A stretch of 64,000 nucleotides of DNA, from positions 124,001 through 188,000 of the IMG/VR virus record IMGVR_UViG_3300045125_000168, one strand, 5' to 3'. Below the pieces are notes generated by a model, which was not told where the DNA came from, ran no database searches, and saw only the letters and a list, made by a program, of their open reading frames with translations. The first letter of the stretch is position 1. Every line of letters starts with the position of its first letter. Of the stretch, positions 55,096-64,000 are shown piece after piece. The translations under genes were made by a program, and so were the position numbers.

Positions 55096-56950
55096 TTAGT
55101 CCTCTGCGGCCTCGGGTTTTACCAGGATCTTCTTGATCTCGTCGGCGGCTTCGTTGATAAAATCCTCGTCATCAACGTCGATAGCGTAAAGTGTCCGCTC
55201 TTCATCTTCGTCCTCGACTTTATAAACGTACTTGATAACCCAACCATTACCGTCATGTTCAGGTTCGATGATCTCCGTGATGTTATCCTGCTCAATTTTT
55301 TCTTTGATATTGTCCTCTAGCTCGGACTCTAGTTGACCTTTTAAAAGATCGCGGACGGTTTCGTTTAACTTATCTTCGTCGATAACTAGAGCGAGACCAG
55401 CATCAACCTCAAAGTAAACATAGCCACTTCTCACAGATCCGCGTGATAGGTGTCTATTCACTTTATCTTGTTGCTCTTCCGAGAGGCTTTCCCACTCTTC
55501 TGCAAGGTCTTCTGGTAACTCCGTTTCTGTTTCACCTTGATGGTAATAGGCGAGAGCATAGTTTGGTGGATAGGACTCTTCATAAGTTTCAACCTGACAG
55601 CACTTAAAGAGACTTTCTTTTCTAACACATCCAAGACGTATCGGACTTTATCTTCGACATCGCTATCCACTTTATCTAAAATTTGCCTTTCAGCTAGATC
55701 GTTAAAACTCTCTTCCAATATATATTCATACTCTCCGAGCCAGTCTTCACTAGAATAGTGTTCTTCTTCTCCTTCAATATATTCATCAATTCTCTGAGCC
55801 AAATCCTCCAGATCAACCCCTGATGGAGCCAATTCAGGACGTTTTTCGATCAGCTTATCTTTTAAACCCTCGTCTAAGTCTGAGATCCTAAAATTGTTTT
55901 GAGCCGCGTACCCGCCCCCTTTGAGCTTGGTGATTTTGTCATCCTCTAAGAGCTTGACGATATAAGGATGCAGGTTCTCTTTGGGCTTCTGGTTGCTAAA
56001 CCCCTTCATTTCGCCAAGAGAGCCATCGGAGTTCCAAATAAAGGTCGCGTGGGGCTTCCACATTTTTTTGCCTTTTTTGGTCGTAATCGGCTCGCGCAAA
56101 GAGAGGATTCTTTGTCCCTTCCTGGCTGAAGGCACGTTGCCGCAGTGACGCATGGCGGCTCCCTCTTTCTCACACCCAGCACGGTCCAAAAGATGCCACT
56201 GCCAACCATCTTCAAACTTAAGGAAGGTCTTGTCGGCCCCTTGCTCAACCAAGCGGGCTTTTTCTTTTTGCAAAGACTCTGACTTTTCCGTGAGACTTTT
56301 AAGGTCTTCAAGCAGCTTATCGGACTTTTGGTCCTTAAATGTATAATTCAGAACAGGCTGATAATTATTGACCTCAGCGTTGCCAAGATAGTGGGTGATG
56401 TCAGTGAGCAGTTGGTCGATGTCTGAGGACTTTAAGGGATCTGGTGGCTCTTTACCTTGAAAGGCGGGCCGAGTGCCCCGTGCCTTCTTTAAGAACCACA
56501 CGATCCGATCCTCTCTTTTGAGATTCTTGATCGACTTAGCAATAAGAGCATCCCAATACTCCGGTTGGTCCAACCGATTGGAACCTGGATTCTCGTAGAA
56601 CGGTTTCAGCATCATCTTCAGCCGTGGCTTGCGACTAGCTAGGACTTCAATTCTTTGCAAAAACTCAAGTTCATTTGGATTTTCCTTTTTTGCAGCTTGC
56701 GGCTTGAGTAGAAGAGGTTCAATTTGCTTCTTCACGTCTCGAAGGAACTTTTTGTCATCTAACGGGATTTCAAAAAGGACTTTTTCTGCACCATCAACTT
56801 TGTAGTTGAGTTGCCAGGATTCTACATAGTCTTCATTTTCTCGCTCATTCGGACCGTAAATTTTACTTATCTTCTCCGATTTAATTTTCTTTTTGATCGT
56901 GGGCATCTCATCTGCATCGGCATCTCCTGGCAACTTTTGGGATTCATTCA
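55096..56950 (-). CDS. PcfJ-like domain protein with acidic C-terminus (frameshifted)
   Basis: EGAAMRHCGN...ILSLREP...KPHAT...GEMKGFSNQKP...GGGY. Confidence 0.65.
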
Positions 56951-56955
56951 TAATC

Positions 56956-57375
56956 TTACTTTGGAAGCCTAACCATCTCAGCGGACCCCCGCAAAACAAA
57001 CCCGTGGCGTCCGTAGAATTTCTTGAGCCTGCCTAGTGGAGTGCTCCCTTGGCGTCGTGGTCCCACACCGACATGAAGCTGCAAGACCACTTGGTACTTG
57101 TCAGCAAGCTCCGTCAGGTATCGGAGAGCCTCAGTCCCCGCACCTGAGCCTTTCTCAGCGGCACTGAGCCAGGAGATATAGACCGTGGGCTTGGTCCTCT
57201 CCTTCGTCTCAAGATCTAAAAAGGCACCGCCCTTGGAGGTCTGCAAAGCGTACCCCAGACCTCGGAAGTAACCCTTGGCCTTGGTTTTGAACTCGTCTAC
57301 CAGCTTTTGCGCTGGGGCATCCTCGGCACATAACACGGGATATTTGCGCTGCACGGAAGAAAAAACATGCCGCAT
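56956..57375 (-). CDS. Leader-bearing GNAT acetyltransferase
   Basis: MRHVFSSVQRKYPVLCAE; KGSGAGTEAL...LADKY...LKKFYGRHGF. Confidence 0.75.
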   Translation of the reverse strand: MRHVFSSVQRKYPVLCAEDAPAQKLVDEFKTKAKGYFRGLGYALQTSKGGAFLDLETKERTKPTVYISWLSAAEKGSGAGTEALRYLTELADKYQVVLQLHVGVGPRRQGSTPLGRLKKFYGRHGFVLRGSAEMVRLPK

Positions 57376-57490
57376 CCTCTGTAGTCTCGTGAGCTAGATA
57401 AATCTTGCTCAAACGACTTCGTGAGGTGCAAGTTGCATTTTGTCTTTGTTCATATTATATCATCATTCGGTCCAAGGGGAGACAACCATC

Positions 57491-57720
57491 ATGGTCGAAA
57501 AATGGATAGGCATCAAAGAGATCGCGGAGCACCTGGGCATTTCCGTGGTGACGATCTATAGATGGGTTGAAAATGGAAAAATCCCTTGCCACAGGGTCGG
57601 CAAACTCTGGAAGTTCAAACCTTCAGAGGTCGATGCCTGGGTGAGCAGCGGGCAGGCTTCGGGAACGAGTAAGACGAAAAAGAAAAAGAAGAAAAAAGCT
57701 CTAAATAATTATTTTACCTT
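57491..57720 (+). CDS. Excisionase-like HTH DNA-binding protein
   Basis: IKEIAEHLGISVVTIYRW...IPCHRVGKLWKF...VDAW. Confidence 0.85.
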
Positions 57721-58182
57721 AAAACCTTCACCCATCATCTCTTCTTTGAGAATTTCAAGCATATTGTCAGCAGCATAGTCGATCTCCGGGTTCACAATAC
57801 CGTCTGCGTTTTTCTTTTCACCCGTTTCGATATTGGTCGTAAGATCACCCACCCGCGTAATTTTTATACCTCGGGCCGAACCGTCCTCACACTTATAGGT
57901 GATCGAAACGGTGAAAACCTTGTCGTTCACCTTTTTCAGTTTCGCATCGACCTTGCACTCGACACCCGCATCCTGAAAAACTTTGGTCACGTCTTTGGCA
58001 AACGTATCCAACTTTTTGTCCGAAAACGTCATGCCGTGGGCAAAGGTGCTAAAAAGTCCTGTTCCGACGAGAACAGTGACCGTTTTTTTCAACTTATTCA
58101 AAAAGTCAAATTTGGCTTCAATCCTAGAACAATAGGAATAGGAGATTTTTTTGGCTTGGACTTTTTGAATATAACTGGCCAC
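57709..58182 (-). CDS. Leader-bearing protein with a hydrophobic segment
   Basis: MASYIQKVQAKK...SRIEA; TVTVLVGTGLFSTFAHG. Confidence 0.55.
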   Translation of the reverse strand: MASYIQKVQAKKISYSYCSRIEAKFDFLNKLKKTVTVLVGTGLFSTFAHGMTFSDKKLDTFAKDVTKVFQDAGVECKVDAKLKKVNDKVFTVSITYKCEDGSARGIKITRVGDLTTNIETGEKKNADGIVNPEIDYAADNMLEILKEEMMGEGFKVK

Positions 58183-58209
58183 TTGAAATCTCCTTCGATT
58201 GCCGCTGAA

Positions 58210-58944
58210 TTATCTGGAGCCGATTTTTTCCGCAATCTCAAAGAAGTTAGAACCATCCTTTTTCAGTAAAGGTATCTTGCTACGATCAATCCGCCACATC
58301 TGTGATGGCATCAGGATGCCTTCATGCGCGATGTTACCGTACTCATCTATAAGCTCAAGTTTCTGCTTGTCTGAAAGCAAAGGAAGAAGGATCTTTCCTG
58401 CTTTTATCCAAGCATCATAACACCCTTGAATAACTTCTTCGAGAAGAGTGGCGTTGTATTCTTCAACAGGTTCTACTTCAAGGTAGTCTTCCGCTAAATC
58501 TCTGAGCCACTTCCTCTTTTTCTTATCGAAGGCATCACGCGCAGCTTCACCGATCTGATCCTCGTCAGGATGGATATTCTGTAGTTCTTTACCAGAAATA
58601 ACAAACATGAATCCATAACGACCGCGTTTCTTTATCAAATCATATATGTATTCACTGTTAGTTCCTGCTACTGCCGCACCGAGAGCATAATGAAGTGCAT
58701 AGCCGACATTTTTGCTGATATATACCCTGTCATCTACTGCTCGGCTAAAACCTTTAGTGCGTGACATATTTGGTTTGATGCCATGCTTCCATATTTTTTG
58801 CGCTTTTCTCTCGGTGGTGGTCCCATGGTAATAAAAAGCGTTTTTTATTGCGTCATGTGGCAAGGCACTTTCGCAAACATCAACGTCTTCGTTGAGTGAA
58901 TATTTGGCCAATACTTTTGTGAAAAAGTTCACAAAATACTCCAT
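58210..58944 (-). CDS. Leader-bearing ART-like protein
   Basis: FFTKVLAKYSL; YYHGTT...GIKP...VYIS...ALHYA. Confidence 0.6.
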   Translation of the reverse strand: MEYFVNFFTKVLAKYSLNEDVDVCESALPHDAIKNAFYYHGTTTERKAQKIWKHGIKPNMSRTKGFSRAVDDRVYISKNVGYALHYALGAAVAGTNSEYIYDLIKKRGRYGFMFVISGKELQNIHPDEDQIGEAARDAFDKKKRKWLRDLAEDYLEVEPVEEYNATLLEEVIQGCYDAWIKAGKILLPLLSDKQKLELIDEYGNIAHEGILMPSQMWRIDRSKIPLLKKDGSNFFEIAEKIGSR

Positions 58945-58968
58945 GAAATTTGTATACCAGGAAAGATC

Positions 58969-59481
58969 CTACTTCGACTTCATGATATAACGAGTCTGCA
59001 CTGTACCCGGTAAGACTATGACCTCTTTTTCTTCGAGGACATCCTGCCGCAAAGCACTGTCAATGCCAGAGACTCTCGTTATATCGACAAGTATTAATGA
59101 TGGAGGAACTATGGCTTCCAGAACAATACCCTTCGTATGTGACTTAATATATCCACCAGAGTATGGGAAAAAGGCGAAACTCCGGGCTGCGTCTAGATCT
59201 TTGGACCAAGATGAAAGCTGGTCCGAGTGCAAAGAGAAGCTCTCACCTAACTCCAGTTTTTTGCCTGCTAAAGCTCGGATTAGTTTTTCAGGAGTTTTGT
59301 AATTACCTACCGAGATACCGCGATATAGCTTAAGAGAACGCTTGGGACTGGCTTCTTTTAAGCTCTCAATGATGTCAGGAGATGGTGGATCTTTGATATC
59401 AGAAATCCATTCTTCCAGCCATTCAATGGCATCATACCCCGGCCAAGTTTTTGCGATGATTTGTTTTAAAAAACTTTTCAT
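58969..59481 (-). CDS. Leader-bearing R-S-E type ADP-ribosyltransferase
   Basis: MKSFLKQIIA; LYRG...SSWS...EEKEVIV. Confidence 0.75.
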   Translation of the reverse strand: MKSFLKQIIAKTWPGYDAIEWLEEWISDIKDPPSPDIIESLKEASPKRSLKLYRGISVGNYKTPEKLIRALAGKKLELGESFSLHSDQLSSWSKDLDAARSFAFFPYSGGYIKSHTKGIVLEAIVPPSLILVDITRVSGIDSALRQDVLEEKEVIVLPGTVQTRYIMKSK

Positions 59482-59487
59482 GTTTAT

Positions 59488-60253
59488 CTAAACCTCAAAA
59501 ATACCAGAGTTGATGCGATTCCGCAGAAACGTCGGCTGGGCTTTCAACGGAACTCGTCTCAAAAAGTCTACACCGGAACATAAACTATAAGACAATATTC
59601 CGTCGTGAATAGATCCAGGAGGATACTTCACAGGCTTGTTGCCGTTGCTGATTTGTCCGGTGATAGAGTTGATGAAGCTGGAAACCCAGGCTCCCATGGA
59701 GTATCCGCGACGTTGCCCGCGCTCGATCTTGTTTGCTAGTGTGGGATCTTTTGTCGGCAATAACCGAGGAGCACATAGATCTTCCACACGTCCCAACCTG
59801 GAACCTTGCGCAAGGTTGCGTCGAAGTGAATGCCTTTGGCCTTGGTGAAGTCGCGGTTATCGTGATCGGCAAAAGTCGGTTTACCACTGAATGTTTGGTA
59901 AATAAATTTTCCGAAGCGTGGGTCAAAGTACGAAATCTCAGAATATGGAAAACAGTGCAAGTTGCGATTGGGGTACTCTACTGTTACGATCGGAACTTCT
60001 GTAAACAAGTAATCGTTTATATTTGCACTGATCTGATAGGTTTCACTCGCGCCCTTGAGCCAAGAATAGTCGATGGCATGACCGTTGACTTTAGCTACAC
60101 ACTTCTTGGTATCTTTGTCTTCGATCTTACGGAGGCGTTCCTTGGCGACTTCTTTTTTTGAGGAAACTCTTGAGGTGCGGCATCAGCGTAAACCTTAAAC
60201 CGTCCTTCGTGATGACGGGGTAGGCTTAGATGCGCGTGTGTGGGAAACCGCAT
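59488..60253 (-). CDS. Probable prohead maturation protease (frameshifted)
   Basis: PNRN..FP...TFSGKPTFADHDN...AKG..FD...KDPTLA...YSMGA, with His/Asp/Ser spacing typical of large-phage head proteases. Confidence 0.65.
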
Positions 60254-60395
60254 ACTTTGGTCCTTTTTTAGACTTCTAAAAGGTCGGAGCACGATGTTCT
60301 ATTTGATGAATCTTATAGACAATTCGGGGTACTAAAGCGTGTGCTAAACACCCTTGTAGTGCTTAACCTTTTAGAAGCGTCTTTTGGCCTGATTC

Positions 60396-60749
60396 CTAGC
60401 AGAGGGTACCAACGTCTGGGATTTTATCTTCACCATCGTCCTCATCGTCATCTTCTTCATCATCAAAGACTTTTCGTTCCTTGCGGATTGTATACACGGC
60501 AGAAACTAGCTGGTAATAAGCCTCTTCAAGATCGTTTCTCTTACTGCCGTGAAGGGCATTGTATAATAGGAGGACGTCATTGAGGCTACATGAGTAGAAA
60601 TTAAGCTCTCGCAGAGCATCGAGCAGATAATCGACCTCTTCTTCCGAGAGGCCATTCTCGTGACAAAAAGTTGCGATTTTGAGTTCCGCGCTATCGCTCA
60701 TTTCATCATAACGACGAAGAGCAGCTTCTTTCGGGTCGAGTATCGTCAT
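60396..60749 (-). CDS. Hypothetical acidic protein
   Basis: 117-aa ORF. Confidence 0.5.
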   Translation of the reverse strand: MTILDPKEAALRRYDEMSDSAELKIATFCHENGLSEEEVDYLLDALRELNFYSCSLNDVLLLYNALHGSKRNDLEEAYYQLVSAVYTIRKERKVFDDEEDDDEDDGEDKIPDVGTLC

Positions 60750-61539
60750 GCTAAAACCTCGCGGTAGTGAAGCGTCAGTTGGGGATTTGTCACAGGTTGA
60801 GCTAGAGGACTCAGGCGCACGGCTAAAAGTTCGGTGCCTGCTGGGAAGTAGGTTGGAGCGAAGCTCTCACTTGAAAGTTGGACCTCACGGGTGACCGGAT
60901 CGATCAACTCGAAGGCAATTCCAGCCGAGCCTTCGAGCTTGGTGACCAGAAAGGGAGTTGGGAAAACCAAAGAGCCCATCTCAACTTTTTTAGCCGAAGC
61001 GATCCCCTCTTTTTTCCATTCCTTGGTGATGACACTAACCGAGACCCAGAGATCAGAGGCTGGGTCATGAAAGAAAAGTCCACCCCCTCGAATACAAGGG
61101 TCTGGTAAGGATCAGGGTTAGGTGGAAGCAGAGAGGGGTCGGTAATGGTTTCCCAGGCGAGACTGACTCGCGCCCGCCCATGACTCTCTTGGTCTTCACG
61201 AGATTCGACTTTGAAGTTGCCAACAAAGTTGAGGGATGAAGTTTTATCGACCTTAACGACATAGTTTTCTTCAAGCCCAATGACCCCTGCTTCCATCTCA
61301 GGGTATCGAATGATTTTAAGAACTTTTCTTCGTTCAAGGTCGAGAACTTCAGCTAGTACAGCACGGAAATCCCGGTATTCAAGCTCAACATCTGTGTTAG
61401 GTGGGAGGGTGATGGTTCGAGACGCAAGGTCTTGCTTCTTGTCGATACCAACATCCCCAGGGATTCTTAGCTTGAATGCCTGCTTGAGCAGGTTACGGAT
61501 AACCCCTGTGCTAACTACAGTTGTGAGCTTGTGTGACAT
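60746..61539 (-). CDS. Hypothetical, possibly structural protein (frameshifted)
   Basis: ORFs 60904..61539 and 60746..60979; SSLNFVG motif. Confidence 0.5.
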
Positions 61540-61542
61540 ACG

Positions 61543-62025
61543 TTAGATTTTCTTTTTCTTTTTGGGTGCGGGTGCTGCCTCCACAGGGGCTGGTGCAGCA
61601 ACAGGCGCTGGTTTTGGTGGAGGAATCTGATCGACGATAAACTCTAGTTGGAGCAGATCATCCACGGTGATGGAAGTCATATCTCCGAGTTCATCGAGAA
61701 GCACATACGGGATGTCTATCTCCATATCGAGGAGTTCGCGCATATCGCGGTTAAAAAGTTCTTTGTTGGCATCAGTAATAGAAAACTGAGTGTAAAGCAT
61801 TCCGCGTTCATCGCGCTTCTCTTCACAGATCGCGTTGCCGTTTGCATCTTTATCAGCATAAAAACGCGCTTTCTCTGAGCGCATTTCTTCGAAGATTTTG
61901 GTCTCGTCACGAACTTTAGACACGACCTGCCTGAGCTTATAGCTGGTGCGGATGGGCAAGTGCAGGCCCGTGAGCTTATTCAGACTCTTTTGAAAACTCA
62001 TGTTCACGATCTTTTCTAGTTTCAC
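61543..62025 (-). CDS. Hypothetical protein following a fibre gene (possible chaperone)
   Basis: LPIRTSYKL...YADKD.NG pattern often seen after tail genes. Confidence 0.5.
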   Translation of the reverse strand: MKLEKIVNMSFQKSLNKLTGLHLPIRTSYKLRQVVSKVRDETKIFEEMRSEKARFYADKDANGNAICEEKRDERGMLYTQFSITDANKELFNRDMRELLDMEIDIPYVLLDELGDMTSITVDDLLQLEFIVDQIPPPKPAPVAAPAPVEAAPAPKKKKKI

Positions 62026-62055
62026 AGTAGCCTCCTGGTGTTAGATAAGACTAAG

Positions 62056-62080
62056 GTGGTTCCCCTTGCGGGGAACCACA
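62056..62080 (-). terminator. Terminator hairpin
   Basis: GTGGTTCCCC-GCAA-GGGGAACCAC. Confidence 0.65.
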
Positions 62081-62087
62081 GAAAAAA

Positions 62088-64000
62088 TTAGGCGACTTTG
62101 ATATACGTTACACGGATCACGTCACCAGAAGCTAGTTCTTCTGGTTGCCCAAGTGCAACGCTACCTGCGAAAGTCAAGCGGGTGATTCCACCGACCAAGG
62201 ACACGGAATAGTCAGACCCTGCGTGCAAGGCAAGACGATCTACGAAGGCACAGATGCTAAACTCGTGTGCTTCAAAGGCGAGGTCGATATAGCCTTGCGA
62301 GACTTCGGTTGAGGTGAGAGTAAAAACTTCTTTTTGGTAGTTGTCTGCTAAGTAAGACTTGACTGCGCTGACGCTTGGAGCTTGATCCGTTTCCAGACCG
62401 CTCATCGAGTCTACTACGGCAGCGTCTCTAGCTCTCTCGACCGTAAAATATTCGTTAGAGCCTTCAGCGATATCGCTGGTCGTGAGGATGACTGTTCCTG
62501 TGTAGCCGTTGACCGAATCAACCATATCCCCGTCGTTTAGGATCTGATAAGCCGAGCCATCCCAAATGTAGGATTTGCGGTTACCCTCGTAGTTATCATC
62601 GTCAAGGACGATTACCACGTCACCAATTTGGACCTGATTATCTTCGGTGCCGATAGTCAAGGCATCGCGAGCCGCGATATCAGCAACCACGATGACATCC
62701 GTGATCGAGATCGCGGGCAGTTGGTTGGAGGGAATCAGACCATTGGCGTCGAGGGTGGCAACACCGTTAGCAGCGGCCTTCTCGGATAAGCGGATACGTG
62801 CGTCTACACCATCAGCCAACTCATCCAAAGCGGTTTTAGCAGAAATCAAGGCACCGCTGTACAGCGCAGGTGTTTTTGGGATGTACTGTGCATCGGCCAC
62901 GGTCGCACCGAGTTTGAGGCGCGTGCCGTTCAGGGTGTCGGAGCTTTCGGAACGAATGACGTTAGAAAGAATGTAGCCGCAGGAACCGGATTTGTTAAAG
63001 GCCGCGTAAGCAGCGCCCGTCCAAAAGGTTACATCCGCCAACAAAAGAGCACCGCTGCTTGCGGTCGAGACGAGGCCCGCTACGTTTTCAAAACCGCAGG
63101 CAGACAAACTAACCGTTCCACCTGAATGAGTGATGGAGTGGATACGGGAGCAGTTCACGGCTCTAAAGATACCAGAAGAGATCGAAGATTGGCCGAAGCA
63201 GTAAACGTCGTTTAAAACGACTGCGGCACTGCCTACAGGCGAGCCTTCCATCACGATACCGTTGTTGCTACCGTTGCGAAAGTCATGCCAACGCTGATAA
63301 GAGCCTTGGAATTTGATCTTTCCGACAAACACGCAGTTATCGAAGTAGTGACGACCAGCCGATCCGTCGATGGTCATACAGACGTTGGCAGATCCACCAA
63401 CGGCTTCGATAAAGATGTTGCGCATCTTAACGCGGGTGGTCAAAGCACCGGAGATAGTGATCGAACCCACGATCTTGATTGGGATCGCATCGGTGCTGCC
63501 AACTTCGGTCATAAGAGTGATTTTGCCACCCTCTGCCGTGAGAGCACTTTTGCCGTTGGCAAGACGAGTCGCATTTGGATCAAACGTCAAGTTGACCGGG
63601 GTCGCGTTGTTGCCGTATTGCGGGGAATCCGATTGCTTGATGATAACCACAAAGTCGGAATTGGCGTTACCATACATATCCGACAAATAAGCGGCATCAA
63701 TACCAGCCTGAATCGTTTTATAAGGACGATACAAGGAACCATCAGACGCACCGTGAAGTGTGTCGTCGTAATTTTGATCGACATAGACCACGCGAGTCAT
63801 GGTCGAGAGGTCGATCAGGTTGGTGATCTCGTCGTCCACGTATTTTTTACGAGTTAGATCATCATCAGAAGACGGTGTGAATGCGGCTTTTGGAAGGATT
63901 TGAAAATCCAAACTGTCTGCCGAAGACAACTTAAAAAGGCTAAGATCGCTCCCCTCCGAGTCTTTAGCTACAAGGCTTTGCTCATTGAGCAGGCGGATTT
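62088..64000 (-). CDS. Tail fibre/spike-like protein, N-terminus outside the window
   Basis: DGSLYRPYKTIQAGID beta-helix cap, ANGVATLDANG, VDSVNGYTG.V.L, EGSNEYFT. Confidence 0.75.
   Translation of the reverse strand, partial: IRLLNEQSLVAKDSEGSDLSLFKLSSADSLDFQILPKAAFTPSSDDDLTRKKYVDDEITNLIDLSTMTRVVYVDQNYDDTLHGASDGSLYRPYKTIQAGIDAAYLSDMYGNANSDFVVIIKQSDSPQYGNNATPVNLTFDPNATRLANGKSALTAEGGKITLMTEVGSTDAIPIKIVGSITISGALTTRVKMRNIFIEAVGGSANVCMTIDGSAGRHYFDNCVFVGKIKFQGSYQRWHDFRNGSNNGIVMEGSPVGSAAVVLNDVYCFGQSSISSGIFRAVNCSRIHSITHSGGTVSLSACGFENVAGLVSTASSGALLLADVTFWTGAAYAAFNKSGSCGYILSNVIRSESSDTLNGTRLKLGATVADAQYIPKTPALYSGALISAKTALDELADGVDARIRLSEKAAANGVATLDANGLIPSNQLPAISITDVIVVADIAARDALTIGTEDNQVQIGDVVIVLDDDNYEGNRKSYIWDGSAYQILNDGDMVDSVNGYTGTVILTTSDIAEGSNEYFTVERARDAAVVDSMSGLETDQAPSVSAVKSYLADNYQKEVFTLTSTEVSQGYIDLAFEAHEFSICAFVDRLALHAGSDYSVSLVGGITRLTFAGSVALGQPEELASGDVIRVTYIKVA

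Noticed and set aside
28381-57720. Prophage integration module (tRNA att site plus excisionase)
   Set aside because: No integrase or duplicated tRNA 3' end was seen, and phage genes flank the tRNA on both sides.
1007-59481. Leaders as Sec/Tat/lipoprotein signals
   Set aside because: They have no hydrophobic core, twin-Arg or lipobox, and the true signal peptides in this window look clearly different.
1-64000. Stop-codon reassignment, programmed frameshifting or mass pseudogenisation explaining the broken ORFs
   Set aside because: The breaks are frame switches, often at homopolymers, rather than in-frame stops. They hit essential genes such as the protease and scaffold, while rmlA and the capsid gene read normally in code 11. 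Sequencing indels are the simplest explanation.

Overview
This window looks like part of a large (jumbo-type) tailed phage genome with many single-base indels, probably long-read errors, that split genes across frames. The head module is dispersed: major capsid protein, decoration protein, scaffold and prohead protease. The window also has three fibre-like proteins, sugar-nucleotide genes (rmlA/C/D, gmhA, a GT9 transferase), secreted hydrolases and lipoproteins, a SNF2-type helicase, tRNA-Tyr, a GIY-YIG homing endonuclease and an IscB/omegaRNA element. The most striking unexplained signal is that about 18 unrelated proteins (ADP-ribosyltransferase-like, GNAT, Nudix, GGCT, ferritin-like, hypotheticals) start with the same short leader, F-L-x-K-V-x-x-K-Y-x-V-x-A/G, and many have an AAGATT motif about 23-45 nt upstream. 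I interpret this as a candidate late-expressed capsid-targeting/cleavable leader system that loads an effector arsenal into the virion. All family assignments come from motif recognition by eye, not database searches. Ends of frameshifted genes are approximate.
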